Position numbers and translations under genes: made by a program
The notes under the pieces: generated by a model
What the model was told of the DNA's origin: nothing
Seen by the model: only the letters and a program-made list of their open reading frames with translations
The model's database searches: none
NCBI GenBank assembly: GCA_047495785.1
Contig: JBLDXI010000010.1
Location: 1,984,001-2,048,000 of the forward strand
Direction of reading: 5' to 3'
DNA: 64,000 bases
From: Lepidodermella squamata
Taxonomy: Eukaryota; Animalia; Gastrotricha
In this document: positions 29,622 through 42,275 of the stretch, one piece after another
Layout: each line of letters begins with the position of its first letter
How positions within the stretch are numbered: position 1 is the first letter of the stretch

Positions 29622-32056
29622 ATGACTAGTCGCCATAACATAAGAGCCCGTGTTTATGTCGGGCGTCTCCCCCATCGAGCTCAGGAGCGAGATGTGATGA
29701 AGTTTTTCAAGTCCTACGGTCGCATCATCGACATTCAGCTGAAAAACGGTTACGGATTTGTCGAGTTCGACGACGCCCGTGATGCGGATGACGCCGTCCA
29801 TGACATGAATGGGAAGGAAATGTGTGGCGAACGCGTGACTATCGAGCATGCTAAGGGACCACCGCGTCGTGTCGTCGAGCGCGAACGCTTCGGCGGCCGC
29901 AGGGGAGGCCGTCGTTCCCGCTCCAGGTCCCGATCTCGATCCCGTGGTCGCCGCGATCGCCGCCGGTCAAAGTCTCGTTCCCGATCCCGATCCCGGTCTC
30001 CCCGCCGTCGCGATTCGCCACCCGCCCGCCACCGAACTCGCAGTCGATCGACCTCGGCTCGCAAGGATTCAAAGAAATCAGCGACCCGCTCGCCTGCTAA
30101 GATCTACCGAGTTGAAATTGAAAACCTGCCGGCTGATGCTGGTCGCAAGGTAAGATTACTGAAAATTTCATTTATAGCTAAATGTCAAAGTAAATTCAGC
30201 TGAGAACAAGTTGAGCGGAGCAACCAATCACTTGGCGCTCGATTTTTGACCAATTTTTTCAATCAAATGTACATCTGTGATTAAAATTTGAATAAATTTC
30301 ATTCGTAAAAAATCTTCTAGAAACAAAGCTATTTTTTTGAGAAATTCGAAAATTTTTGATTATTTTTGATTGATTTTCCTTGAAAAGCTAAATTCTCGTC
30401 TGCCTTGCGTCCGTTATGGATGATGATGATATTGGTGGCCTAACGCGTTCGTTTCGTTTCGCTCGCTCGCTCGCGATTTGATGCCAAAGTCGTGCCACCG
30501 CCATGACCACTACCTCTACCACTACACTCGTGCATGTTCGTGCGTAAACGTAAAAATCCAAATTCGTACGTACCAGCGCTGTCCTAACGTGCGGCTTTGA
30601 TGTTCTACGTAAGTAAACATGATGTTCATGATGATGATAACAACATTTGGCACAGACTACCAACTAGCCCGTGATTGATCATGATTTTAATGATGTAAGT
30701 ACGCCATTGATTTCCGACCTCTGGGCGCTTTTTACTCGACAAATCCGTGCGATTGTTTCCTTTCCATTCCATTCGTACGATTTTCACCGAAACCACCGAG
30801 CTGACGCGCTTTTCCGGCGGAACGAGCGACGCCTGAATTTAATTTAATTTTTTTCGATCAGTTTTGTTCAGCTCATGTTTTTTAAAATGATTTTCTGACC
30901 TGCCTTTAAACAATCCATGTTTTTCAGGAAGTGGAAGAGTTTATGAGTGCGGCTGGAAAGGTTGTTGGTTGCGAAGTTCACGACGATGGCAAAGGGTAAG
31001 CTCATTGATTTTTCAATTTTCAAGCTACTTTCTAGCTCGGCTGGACCATATTTTGAATTTTTTCAAATTCAGTTATGCGAAAACGGGTCTTGGTTTTAGC
31101 GGAACTAAACATTGAATACTTGATTCGTCCAACTATTTTAAAAATTTTCGGAATTTCACGATAAATTTACTCAATTCAAAAATTATTTCGACATCACGAC
31201 GTGATAAAAAATTCCTTTTAAACTTTGCTCCGACACGATATCCTGTCTCGAAAAATTACCAGAAGGAGAGTAGTAAACCACATCTTGAATACTTCAACAA
31301 TCGAGTAGTCTAGAAGTTTGATATGTTTGGTCAGGCTGAGCTTCAAGACCACTCGATGTATTTTTGCAAAATATGTAAAATTATTCGAAAATTCCTAAAT
31401 CTGGTCTGATCTTCAGGGAAACTATGTATATGTTTCGTTTGATTTCTCAGGTTAAAGTCGATTTTTTTTAAATTTCGTTTAACCAAGAATTATAATTTAT
31501 TGTAAATTAATTTTTTGTACCGAGTACTTAATTTAAGGCTAAATAATGTAAAATCTCAAATTTATTTGTTGAACAATTTCCTCAATATTTTTAAGCTTTA
31601 TACCGCCAAATTAGGCTGAAATATCAAAAAATAATGCCTAATCCTGTTTGTTTTTCTCTATATAGGTATGTTGAGTTCGACAGCGAGAAATCTGTGGCCA
31701 CTGCTCTTGAGACGCTAACCGAGTTCAAAGACGCGAAGCTGATTCTAACGAAAGCCGCCGCGAAGAACGGAGCGGCTAAAGCGTCGCGATCGCGCTCGGC
31801 CTCGCGCAGCCGCAGCCGCTCACTGAGTGGCTCGCGTTCGCGCTCTCGCTCTCACAGCCCCGGCAATGGCAAAAACGGCAATGGCAAGGCGGCGAACGGC
31901 GAGGCGAACGGCAAGGCTCGAAGCCGATCGCGCAGCGGCTCGCGTTCGAGTCGATCGCGGTCTCGCAGCGCCTCGCCGCCGGCCCGCAACGGCAACGGCG
32001 CCGCGGCTGTTGCGCCCAACGAAGACGATTCGCGAAGCAGCGCCAGCGATTCTTGA
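29622..32056 (+). CDS. SR splicing factor, SRSF4/5/6 (B52)-like, 3 coding exons
   Basis: Exons 29622-30148, 30928-30995 and 31666-32056. RRM1 (RVYVGRLP, KNGYGFVEFDDARDADDAV, ERVTIEHAKG), RS repeats, a degenerate second RRM and a C-terminal RS region. Confidence 0.9.
30388..30608 (+). other. Candidate poison (PTC) cassette exon in the SR gene intron
   Basis: Acceptor AG at 30386-30387; in-frame TGA TGA TGA at 30421-30429; consensus donors GTAAGT at 30609 and 30695. The segment is GC-richer than the flanking intron. Confidence 0.6.
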
Positions 32057-32496
32057 ACGATCGGTGTGAATACATGAAATAACCACGAAAATTGCTCAGA
32101 GAAAGTAGTTGCGGTTGCCCATTTTGTCTTCGTCTTCTTCTTCTTTTCATACGCGTACAACAATTTTTCGTCCTGTCTCAATCATCATCTTACAATTTTG
32201 TCCTTCGGGTTTGATTCTTGTATATCAATCTTCAATCGCTTGGGACGAATTTTGAAGTAAATAAACAAAGCATCGTCATGAGCAGTCACGGTGTAAATAA
32301 CTAAATATATAGTCAGTACCATCGTGATTATTTCTCTCTCTTCTGTATCTTTCGAATGAATTTAGGCGCTTCGTGTCATATACACACTTACTTGTACGTC
32401 ATTGGATACTGTAAAACCGCAATTTTCGAAGTATGACTGATTTTTTGTTCCAATTTTAGGTGGTTGAGGTTATTTTCTAATTTGAAACTTTGAAAC

Positions 32497-33850
32497 ATGC
32501 GGTTCGGTCCGGCCGTTCGTCTGCTCATCCATCAGCACAACCTCAACCCGACGCTTATCAAAGCTACAGGTAATTCGATTTCTTCAACTTGGGGAAGACT
32601 TCTTGAATTTTTTCGATTTTTCAAATGTTCATTGAAATTGAAAAAAATTTAAGAAATTGAAATCATTTCTGAAAAAATGAGTAGTTCTTAGTGTATCGTA
32701 TGAAACCTCAAACCTTGAAGCCTGTTTTCTTATGAATTTAAAACTACGAGGTCTATCTATACTCGATCGTCCGATGATACCGTATCAATCGGAGTTGAAT
32801 TTCAAATACAAGGGATTTTCAACACTGATTGCTTGATGATGGAATTTATCCCGAGCAAACCCGAAATTTGCCGATTTTTATTCTTTCGCTAATTTTTGCA
32901 TTATATTTTCAAAAGTTTCAGATTTTTTGAATTAACGAGTTTCAAATTTTTTTGCAATATTATGAATTACTGCTGCTCATATATTTTAGCGAATTTTTCC
33001 ATGATCAAGTGTACTCTCAAAACTGATTCGTGATTTTTGAAAATTTTTGACAATTTCAGGACCTCATGGAACTTTGATGAAGAGCGATGTATTAGCCGCG
33101 CTTGCCTCTGGTCTGAAACCAGGCGCCGCAGCCACATCTCAAACCGCCTCGAAACCAGCTGCATCGCCGCAGAAGCCCGGCGCTATCCCAGGCGCATCGC
33201 CATTCTCGGATCTGGCGCTGAACGCAAGCCAGAAACAGCTCGGCTCACTGCTAGCCACTGCCAAATTCACCGCTCCCCACGCCTATCAAACAATCGACGT
33301 GAACCTATCCCGCGTCGATTCAGTCCTGAAGTCACTTGTATCAAAGCAGAGCCCACCGAATTTCCTACACCATTTACGGGTCGCAACTCTACTGAAAACA
33401 ACGGCTAAAGTTTTAGCCAGAATCCACCTGAGTAATGAGCAGTTGAATGCCGCAGATATCGCGGTTTCATTCAGACAACCCGATGGCGCAGAGGTCCAGG
33501 CCGTGTTGAGAAAAGTCCTGTCGATGAGTGTCGTCGATGTCGCGTCGTTTCTGCAGGCCGAGAAGCCCTCAGGCCTAGAGGCGAGTGGAAGCGCGGCTTC
33601 GGTAGCTTTCCACGCCTCGGCTGGCGTGTTGCGTCGCGTTTCGGCCGTTGTAAAACCGCCGCAGGTTGCTGCTGTGGCTGTGACTCAGCTTCCACTGGCG
33701 CTGGTGCCGCGAAATGACGGGAAGAAGGGCGCGACTCTTGCGCCGTTTTACTCGGTGACGCTGTCTTACGATTGCGCCCGCATTGACGACTCGGCCGCGG
33801 CTGCGTTTCTCAACGCGATGGCCGAGGCTTTGGCTGCGCCTGGGCTTTGA
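32497..33850 (+). CDS. Pyruvate dehydrogenase E3-binding protein (PDHX-like), lacking a lipoyl domain, 2 exons
   Basis: Exon 32497-32569 plus about 33059-33850. E3-binding domain GPAVRLL...ATGPHGTLMKSDV, then a degenerate acyltransferase fold ending VTLSYDCARIDD with no catalytic His. Confidence 0.75.
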
Positions 33851-34114
33851 AAAAACTCGCTATTGTAGCCGATTATTTTTTTTGCTGTCTAAAAATCCCC
33901 GTGCCTTGTTATTTTTCGTTTCTCCTCCCTGTCTCATCGTAGAACCAAGAGATTGAGGCTGATCGCTTTTTATATAATATTATTTGTGAGAGTCAGCCGT
34001 ATTAACTGTAAATTACGAATAATGAGGACAATAAAACAATGATGACCGTTCTGAGCTGTTCATTATTTTGTCAAAAACATCAAGTTTGTTTGAACGCCGT
34101 ATTTCTCGAAAATA

Positions 34115-34313
34115 CAGTGTGGTCTGATATTAGTGCAGGGGGCGAAGTTCATTCATCTTTTTAATGAGGAGCTTGGAAAAATTGAAGAGTTACATGAATT
34201 GCGACATCGATCCTTTCAATGGAAAAGCAACTCTTGATATCTTCAATTTTTCCAAGCTCCTCATTAAAAAGATGAATGAACTTCGCCCCCTGCACTAGTA
34301 TCAGACCACACTG
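34115..34313. mobile_element. Tc1/mariner-type MITE, 199 bp
   Basis: Near-perfect TIRs of about 75 bp beginning CAGTGTGGTCTGATA; TA on both sides. Confidence 0.9.
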
Positions 34314-34642
34314 TATACCACGGGCGCCATAAATAAAATCAAAGTTGTGTAAAAAATGTGCCTCAAAAAATTATCGTCATTTCTTAATGCGACAAAGTGG
34401 CTTGAAAAATGATGAAAAATGACTGAAAATTTTGAAAAATAGATAATTCAATTTTCGAATCTTTCTGTGATAATTTGGTTCTATGTCAATTGAGCAAACG
34501 AAAACTGAGCAACGAAAATTGAGCAAGGGCTTTTGAGCGACGAAATAAGAGCAAAACGAAATCAGAGCAAACGAATTTAGAGCAAAACGACTTATGGGCA
34601 AAATGAGTTGAGCGCAAAACGACACCAGAGTTGCGTTTTTTA

Positions 34643-35771
34643 GGTACCATGACATAAGGGCGCGGATAAAAGCGCGAAAGACATAAGGGCGAAAGGCAAA
34701 AGAGCGCCGGACAAAAGGGCGAAAGACCGAAGAGCGCAGACAAAAGGGCGCCGAGACAAAAGGGCGCCTGGACAAAAGGGCGCCTGGACAAAAGGGCGCC
34801 TGGACAAAAGGGCGCCGGGACAAAAGGGCGCCTGATTTTTATGTATAACGAAGGCCTATTAGTTATTATTTTTTAAAACGATGGCTTTGCGACGCTTTTA
34901 GAGGAAACTAATTGTTTTACAATGCGGAGTGTTGGCAAATATTATAACCCCTTCGCGAACCAGGTTCATCCCCAGGTCGATTTACCGGCTGATCGACGAG
35001 CGCCTTAGAGCCCTAGTCCCATTACAGGATAACCTGTTTGACTTTGAAAACCTATTCCCTAATTTAGACGCCATTTGGCATGTGCTAGATAATTAATTTT
35101 CAATTCGAATGACCTTGTGCTAAATGATTTAATTTATTCAGTCATTGATTGAAAATGGTTTGCTTCTCTTGCATGATAATAAATCTCAATCACGTAGATT
35201 TTAGGGTTTTATCATAACTTATTTTGCTTATTTTGCCTTCGGAAACCTTATAAAATCTTATAAAACTCACAATCGCATCAATTTCCGATTGCAGCATTAC
35301 TATAAAGTTTTACAACTGTGTTACTATAGGTATTTTCAATTTTCATGAACAAATCTATAATGAGTATAACAAAAATGACAAATAAGTGAACTGAATTCAT
35401 CAAAAAGTTCAACCTGCCCCAGTCAATCCTACCTGACATTGTCATCTCAGTAATTAAGGACTCATGCAACATAATTAATAACCACCTGTACAACAAATAA
35501 TTGTTAAACGTAAATACCCGTGTCTTTAGGCAATCTGATACTTAGTATTGGACGGAACATTGATTTTTAAATAACCTACTACTAAAAGTAATTGGTAATT
35601 TTATCTGGCGCCCTTATGTCCTGCGCCCTTTTGTCCAGGCGCCCTTTTGTCTCGGCGCCCTTTTGTCTCGGCGCCCTTTTGTCTTGATGTAGCGCCCTTA
35701 TGCCTTCGCGCCCTTTTGTCCGGCGCCCTTACGTCTGCGCGCTTATGTCTGCGCCCTTATGTCCTACCACG
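34643..35771. mobile_element. Foldback-like element with minisatellite arms, inserted in the TIR of the previous element
   Basis: Arms built of approximately 16-bp GGACAAAAGGGCGCCT units and their complement; perfect 8-bp TSD GTTTTTTA at 34635-34642 and 35772-35779. Confidence 0.85.
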
Positions 35772-37496
35772 GTTTTTTATGGTGTCCGGAAAGCAATTGT
35801 TCGACGTTGTGATCAATTCTTCGAACACCTCCGCAACACAGAAATAACAATAAAGTAATTAGCCTCGAGCTGTTCGAGCTCGAGAGGCGGGCAGCTAAGA
35901 CAAATCACCCTCCGACTTGATTAGATTAAGCCTTGACAAATCGAGACATGGTGGTAATTAATTTACTACATAGCGCCATCTGACCCTCGTTAATTTCTGA
36001 CGACGTGCCACGCGGTCAATTTTCAGCCAAACGTCGTGGCGAAGCCTTTTTTATTTTGTTGGCACGATCCGCGAAAATCGAGAGAAATATTGATTTTTGG
36101 AAATTTTTGGAAATTTACCGAAAATTCTCCATTTCAACTGTCAACAGGCGATTATTTTGAATCCAAACTTATCAAATAACCCGAGGCGCGTTTTTCAATG
36201 TTCTTTTCACTTAATTACAAGCTCTTTAACGAGGGCCATGATGCTCTGTTGCGTAATTAGAGTTACACAATCATCTCTATATTATCATTTTACGCTACCG
36301 ATGCGGTGGAAGTGAATTTTGATCGAAATTATTAATTTTTCGCAGTAATTCGGTTTCATTTATTTAGTTTCGCATAATATGGACACCGTTCACTGTACAA
36401 GTCAGTCATCAACCATTTACAATATTTTTGACGTTTTAGAAGTCGGAAAATTGATGTAGTGCGCGTGCGCTTTATTTGAATCGAAATGATGATCGAAATA
36501 GTCGACCGCTATTAAAAAATATGCAAAATTTGAAAAAATTCGAACAATCTTAATAACCAGTTGAACTACCTGGTTGCTTGCATCAATAACTAGAATGCGT
36601 TGGAACATGTGGTATGGCAAAGTTGGAAAAGTTGGAAAATATGAGAACATCTAAATTCTAAATATTCATGTCAAACCGTTTTATAGAATCTGGATCAAGT
36701 TTTTTGTCGTAATTCGTAATATAGTTTTGGATGAATTATCTATCATTCTTTTTTCTACCATTCTATACCATTCTACGCCATTTTCCATATTATTCTATGA
36801 GAATTCTGTTTTACGATGGCGTGGTCAAGCGGAATTTCATATATAAAACCGAATAAATTTACAGAGCGCGGTGAATTAACGAGGTGGCTTAAGTTGGATA
36901 AGTTTCTGATTCTTCTTATCGAGTCTTGAATGCCAAGGTCACGGACTGCCATCAAATCGATCAAGGCCATAAATTTCCTGATTTTTATTGATTTGATAAA
37001 TCCATTAAAAAATAGAATTAGGAGTCGGTCAAAAGTTGGCCAATAAATCATAAAATTGTGGATGTAATTCCTTGATCTTCACCTTGAACCACTACCTCTC
37101 GCCTATCGAAATGATTAGGCTGGATAATTTTGAAATTTATTTTAAGGTGGAAAATGGGAAAAATTTAATGGTTCACCACAGTTTTTAACCGACCGTGAAG
37201 CGATGTTAAAATCTTATTTACCATGGTTTTATTCAAGTGTTATTGCGCAATTATTCACATGATGCGAGTCTCTTTTCGGGCTTGAGAAAGGGACGAGACG
37301 TCACATGGCACCATTGTTCGAGCCACGGAGTTCGCTTCGAGACCCTAATCAAATTTAGGCACCTCGAGAGCCGCCTAAATTGGGTGATTGTGCTCGGACA
37401 TCTTTTCTGTGATCAACGGGAAAAGTTAATCTTTAAACTGTGATCAAGTCAATTTTTTTGAAAAACGCAGCTCCGTAGTTCAATTTTTCTGAATTT

Positions 37497-38738
37497 AGCC
37501 CCTTTTACACTACTACTATGCGAATGGTAAATGATGGTAATTGATGGTAATTACTTAATTGTTGAATAACAAGGATTAGCTTGTTTTTGCTCATTTTCAC
37601 GCTTTTATCGTGATTTTTAGAGAACTAAAATGAATGAAAACCAGCTGATGTAGGTATTTTTGCGAGTCATTTACAACCTGATCAATTTTCCGTCAACTGG
37701 ATAGGATGCCTGAGCTTTATTCAGTGCCTGGCCAATTTAATCGCCATTAAAAAAATTATCGTCAAAATTCCGCAAATTTTCCGTGATTCCGCAAAGCGTG
37801 TATCTGAATTTTTTTCTACCAAATTGCATCACCTTGAACTTGGCTTCTCGCGTTGGGAATATGTCGAGATGCCAATTTTGGGGTATTTTTTTAGTTATTT
37901 TTCATGGTATTTCTGGACAGCTTCCACACAAAATTGCTGTAAAATTATTTATTGACCGATTAAAAATCGCCGGGGTTCACCAATTCTTTTCAAGAAATAA
38001 TTCCTAACTTCGAATTATCGAAGGCGAAAACACGCCTTAAAACAACACCGAGGCTCTAGAATAAAATTGTTTTAAATTATTGTTATCGATAATTATTATC
38101 ACGTCTTTTCTTAAAGCGATGGCCATGTCTTTTACTGAAAACCACGTGGAATTTTGCGACCAATTTTTATTGGAATTTATTGGAATTTTATTGGAATTTA
38201 TATTTTATTGGAAATTAATCGTGAATTTTTTAAAAAGTAATTTGTATGAATACGTTTACCATAAATTTGCTGGCTCCGCAACAGGCGACTAAACGTATGA
38301 CTCTCTTGAGATTTTTAAGGCAAATTTTACTGCAATAAACACCTTGAGAAATATTCAAAAGTGACAATTTTCTGACGCGAAATTCCTCGACGAAGCAAGG
38401 GTTATACAAATAATTTTACCAAAATAATTTCGCAAAAACAATTTAAAAATACTTGGCGGCTATTGTTCGATGTGTTTAATTATGCAAAGGCGAGAAATTG
38501 TTGTTTGGGTGCTGATATAAAGCCCAGGAATCATATACAGTTTCACGGGTAAATGGGCATGCTGTAATACCTTTTGAAATTAGTCACAAAAAAATCAGAA
38601 TGTTTTTATTCCTATTTAGTTCTCTCATAGCAGCGATAAAAAACGTTAAAATAAAATGAAATCAAGCTGATCACTGTTATTTAACAATGGAGTAATTACC
38701 ATCATTTACCATTCGAATAGTGTGGTGTAAAAGGGGCT
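37497..38738. mobile_element. PIF/Harbinger-like non-autonomous element
   Basis: TIR AGCCCCTTTTACAC...GTGTAAAAGGGGCT, extending about 100 bp imperfectly; TTT on both flanks. Confidence 0.65.
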
Positions 38739-39134
38739 TTTAAAGTTTAACGATTGCATGAAAAGCATAAGCTAAGTTATTATGTGTCTCATCTGGTCTT
38801 AATTGATATAATTAGCCCGTGGACACCATAAAAAACGCAACTCAGAGCAAATTTAATAATTAATTTTAGCTCTTATTTAACAAAACAAAATTTGCTCTGG
38901 TGTCATTTGCTCTAAATTCGTTTGCTCTTATTTCGTTGCTCAAAAGCCCTTGCTGTATTTTCGTTACTCAGTTTTCGTTTGCTCAATTGACATAGAACCG
39001 ATCATTTTTCCCAATTTCGAGATATAATCATGAACATTGAAATTAGAACTGTTCATTGCTCAGCTGGATTTTGGCTAAAACTTTCGCAGCTGTTTTCAGT
39101 AGAATTGCGACTCGCAAAAAATGGTGTAGGAAAT

Positions 39135-41730
39135 GGGTCTAAATAAGTGCACCACCTAAAATGAGGTTCCAGCACTAAATTTGTGAGTGCGTCCACCTAA
39201 AATGCAAACAGGCGGCACTAAATCTTCGCGCCACCTAAATAATGAATCCAGCACTAAATAATCGGTGTGGCACTAAATAATAGCTTAGGCGCGCCGCCGA
39301 GCAATATTTAAGGCGGCTCAGTCATCATATCATCAACTGCATCATCATCATCTCGTCATTATTATTTCTTGGTTATTATTCTGAAATGGAGGAAGTGCCC
39401 CTCTTAATCATCGATACGGCCGAAAATCTGCCGCCGCCGCAACCAGCCAGTCGTCGACGCGGCAAGGAGCAGGTCTGGACGTGTGTTCAACAGTTTGAGG
39501 ACGAGGAGGCTGCCGACGATCACGTCGCGGACACCGGCACAGCTTGGTGGTGGAATAACGGCCGCTCGTACCTCACCAACCGCGGCATGATGCACTACTT
39601 CGACTGCTCACACCCTGGTTGCGAAAGTAAGCTCCGAAAGGTTATTCATGCCGATTCGCTGTACGTGTCGCTGGAAGAAAACGACGTCAACCATGATCAT
39701 TCGCAACCGAAGAAAGAAAAACAACGCGGTTTGCCCCCAGCAACTCGGCGCATCATCGATAAGCTTTTCCTTGACGGTAAAACAAAGCCTCTCTCGATTT
39801 TAATGGCGTTCAGGGAAAAAGGAATTCCAGAGCCGAAGGATTCGCAACTCTCGAGTTACTTGGCCACCCTTCGGAAGAAACACCACGGCCCGACGAAGGT
39901 CAGCATCGCCGCGCTACGCCATTTTGCTGAGGAGCACTCCAAGGAGTCTACAACGTCAAGGGATGACCCTTTCGTAGTGTCCTCCTACTTCAACTATGAT
40001 CAAATTGATGAGAAGAAAAGCGTGTGTCGAATCGCACTAACGACGCGCCGGCTCAGTAAATACGCCAAGAAGGTCGGCGCACACGACCTTCACATCGACG
40101 CGACGTACAAGACCAACGTCAACGGTTACCCGGTCATCTTGGTTGGCTTCAGTGACAAGGTTCGTATTGCTGTCGATTCTTATCAATTTTTTTTAATTTT
40201 TTACAATTTCCTCATTAGGACCGACATTTTCACCCGATTATGGTGGCGGTGTGCACCGGCGAGGCTGAGGACGACTACGAGTTCGTGCTGAGAGCGGTCA
40301 AAGACCACTTGTCCGAATGGCTTCCGGCGCTCGCCGTCTCAGACGCTGCTAAGGCGATTAAGAGGGCGATCCGAGCAGTGTTTGCCGAAGTGAAGCACGC
40401 CATCTGCTGGTTTCATGTCACGAAAAATCTCAAGCAAGAGTATCTACCAACGATCAAAGACCCCAAGCTGCGCGATCAATTCAAGGACGACGTCTACTCC
40501 ATGCAACTGTGCTGGTCGCCTGCTGTGTTCCAGGTCGTGTCTCAGTTGTTTGTCAGCAAATGGGAGGCGGTGCCGGAAGCGGCGGCGTGTTTGGCGGCTT
40601 TCAAGAAGCAGTACCTGGAAAAGAACAACACGTGGTACCAAGGCTACGCTATCGGCTCAATGGTCAACAACAACGGCCAAGAAGGCAAGAACGGCCGCAT
40701 CAAGACCGATTACACCTTTCGGAGTCGTCTGCCCGTCATGCAGCTGCTTGAAGTTGCGAAAAAGATGCTCGGTCGCTGGTCGTGGGAGCGGAACAAGAAG
40801 TGCGTCAACTACAAGAAGTTCTTCACAGCGCCAACAATCAAGGACGAAGTTTGGGAAAAGGCGCGTGTCTGGGCTCGAGATGTTGGCACTGGTCTTCGAT
40901 CGCAGCCGAGCGGCAATGGAACTCTGTACGTGTGGACGAAGCAGTCAGCTTTGGCAGAAGGTGTTGCTGCTACTGCTGCTGCTGCCGCTGTCCCGAAGGG
41001 ACCCCCGCCAGCGAAGCGAGCCCGTGGTCGACCGCCGAAGTCGAATCCACCGAAGGACGAGCTGTCTCAAGCTGTCTGGGAAGCTCTCTTGGCAAGAAAC
41101 AAGCCTCTAGACAAAGATGTTGGCCCTCAGGTGGCTGAAATATTCTCGAAATTCTCGTGGCCTGATTTCGACTCGTTCTCCAAGTTCAATAAGCGTTTCG
41201 GGTGAGAATTCTTTCAAGTTTTTATGGCGTATTAATAGGTTATTTGTATTAATAGGATGGTTTTGATCGACGGTGAGCAGCAAGTGTGCAATTGCTGGAA
41301 TTTTCTCAAAACATACCACTGTTACCACGTCCTTGGTATACAGATGCGCCTGGGCGACGTTTCTTTCCCGGTCGAACTTGCCGAGCAGCTACCGCTTGGG
41401 CCTAAAGCTAAGCGAGGCCGCAAACGAAAAGCTCAACCCGCCCTGGTGGTCCAAGACTGAGCTATTTATTTTTAATTGTTTAATGAGCCATTCATCCGTA
41501 GCGAGTCGGATTGCTCAGCTGTAAAAGAAAGCAATGATTTCGTAATTTTGTAAACTAATAAATGATGATCTCTTGATGGTATATTCTCAGTTCTAATTAA
41601 AGCAAAATTAGGTGGTGGCTACGCATTTTTAGTGCTGGAGTTGTTGATTTAGTCGCAAATAGGATTAGTGCGAGTGACTTTCAAATTTAGTGCTGGAACC
41701 TTATTTTTAGTAGGTGCAGTTGGCACACCC
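39135..41730 (+). mobile_element. Full-length Mutator-like (MULE) DNA transposon
   Basis: Perfect 9-bp TSD GTAGGAAAT at 39126-39134 and 41731-41739; GGGT...ACCC termini; imperfect TIRs with repeated GCACTAAA motifs. Confidence 0.93.
39386..41460 (+). CDS. MULE transposase, 3 exons, apparently intact
   Basis: Exons 39386-40159, 40219-41201 and 41256-41460 splice in frame. LHIDATYK (D), VSDAAKAI (D), CWFH, NNGQEGKN (E), N-terminal C-x4-C...HxH finger, C-terminal SWIM CNC...CYH, AT-hook-like RGRPP. Confidence 0.92.
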
Positions 41731-42275
41731 GTAGGAAATTGGGCGGGCTCTGCTCTGATACAAGTGATTCCTCACTTCAGATAAGTCCTCAAATCTCGAC
41801 TGTGCATGAGAAAATAACATCAGAATTTATTGCGCATCGAATTATTGATTGATTCAATCAAAAACCTAATTTTTTAGGAGCGCATTTTCCGAAATTTACA
41901 ATTTCATACTTCAACATTTTCTTAGCAACCTTGACCAGCATTTCTTTATATCGTTAGACCCCTCGTTCATTGATTCTTTAAGCGGCATCAAAATCTCACG
42001 ATGTCAACCTGTTAGCGGTCATAATTTATGCAGTATTTAAGTTTGATTTTTATGTAATGTTAAAAAGGGCTCTATGTGATGTCAAAATTGTTGGAACCCC
42101 ATTTCAAATTACATGCTGAAGTTTAAATACCGATATAAATATCTATCTACTTTATTAAACTAAACAAGAATCACGTAGGAATGCCATATATTGTTAGCGA
42201 ATCACGGGCACCGGAAGAGGAGATACTTAACAGGCAAGTCATTTTCGCTATACTATGCAGCAGTTGTTGATTTCT

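Larger units (their letters stand above)
34628..38843. mobile_element. 4.2-kb non-autonomous TIR element nested in the MITE
   Basis: GAGTTGCGTTTTTTA[insertion]TGGTGTCC on the left and GGACACCATAAAAAACGCAACTC on the right. No convincing ORF inside. Confidence 0.65.
34477..38999. mobile_element. GGTTCTATG-terminated MITE split by nested insertions
   Basis: TIR GGTTCTATGTCAATTGAGCAAACGAAAACTGAG at 34477 and its reverse complement ending 38999; subterminal GAGCAA repeats; 8-bp TSD GATAATTT/GATCATTT (1 mismatch). Confidence 0.8.

Noticed and set aside
30410-30900. C/D-box snoRNA (ATGATGA motifs) in the SR intron
   Set aside because: No well-placed CTGA with a terminal stem or recognisable guide sequence; the poison-exon reading fits better.
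32461-32496. In-frame TGA upstream of the PDHX-like ATG as possible readthrough or an alternative genetic code
   Set aside because: TGA terminates SOS, NRDE2, the SR gene and the Ubl normally, so this is most simply 5' UTR.
34650-34835. Tandem 16-bp repeats resembling a CRISPR array
   Set aside because: No unique spacers and no cas genes; eukaryotic context; the repeats form the inverted arms of a transposon.
34377-35847. Repetitive ORFs (MSRRPFVQAPFC...)
   Set aside because: Translation of minisatellite transposon arms, with no sign of a real protein.
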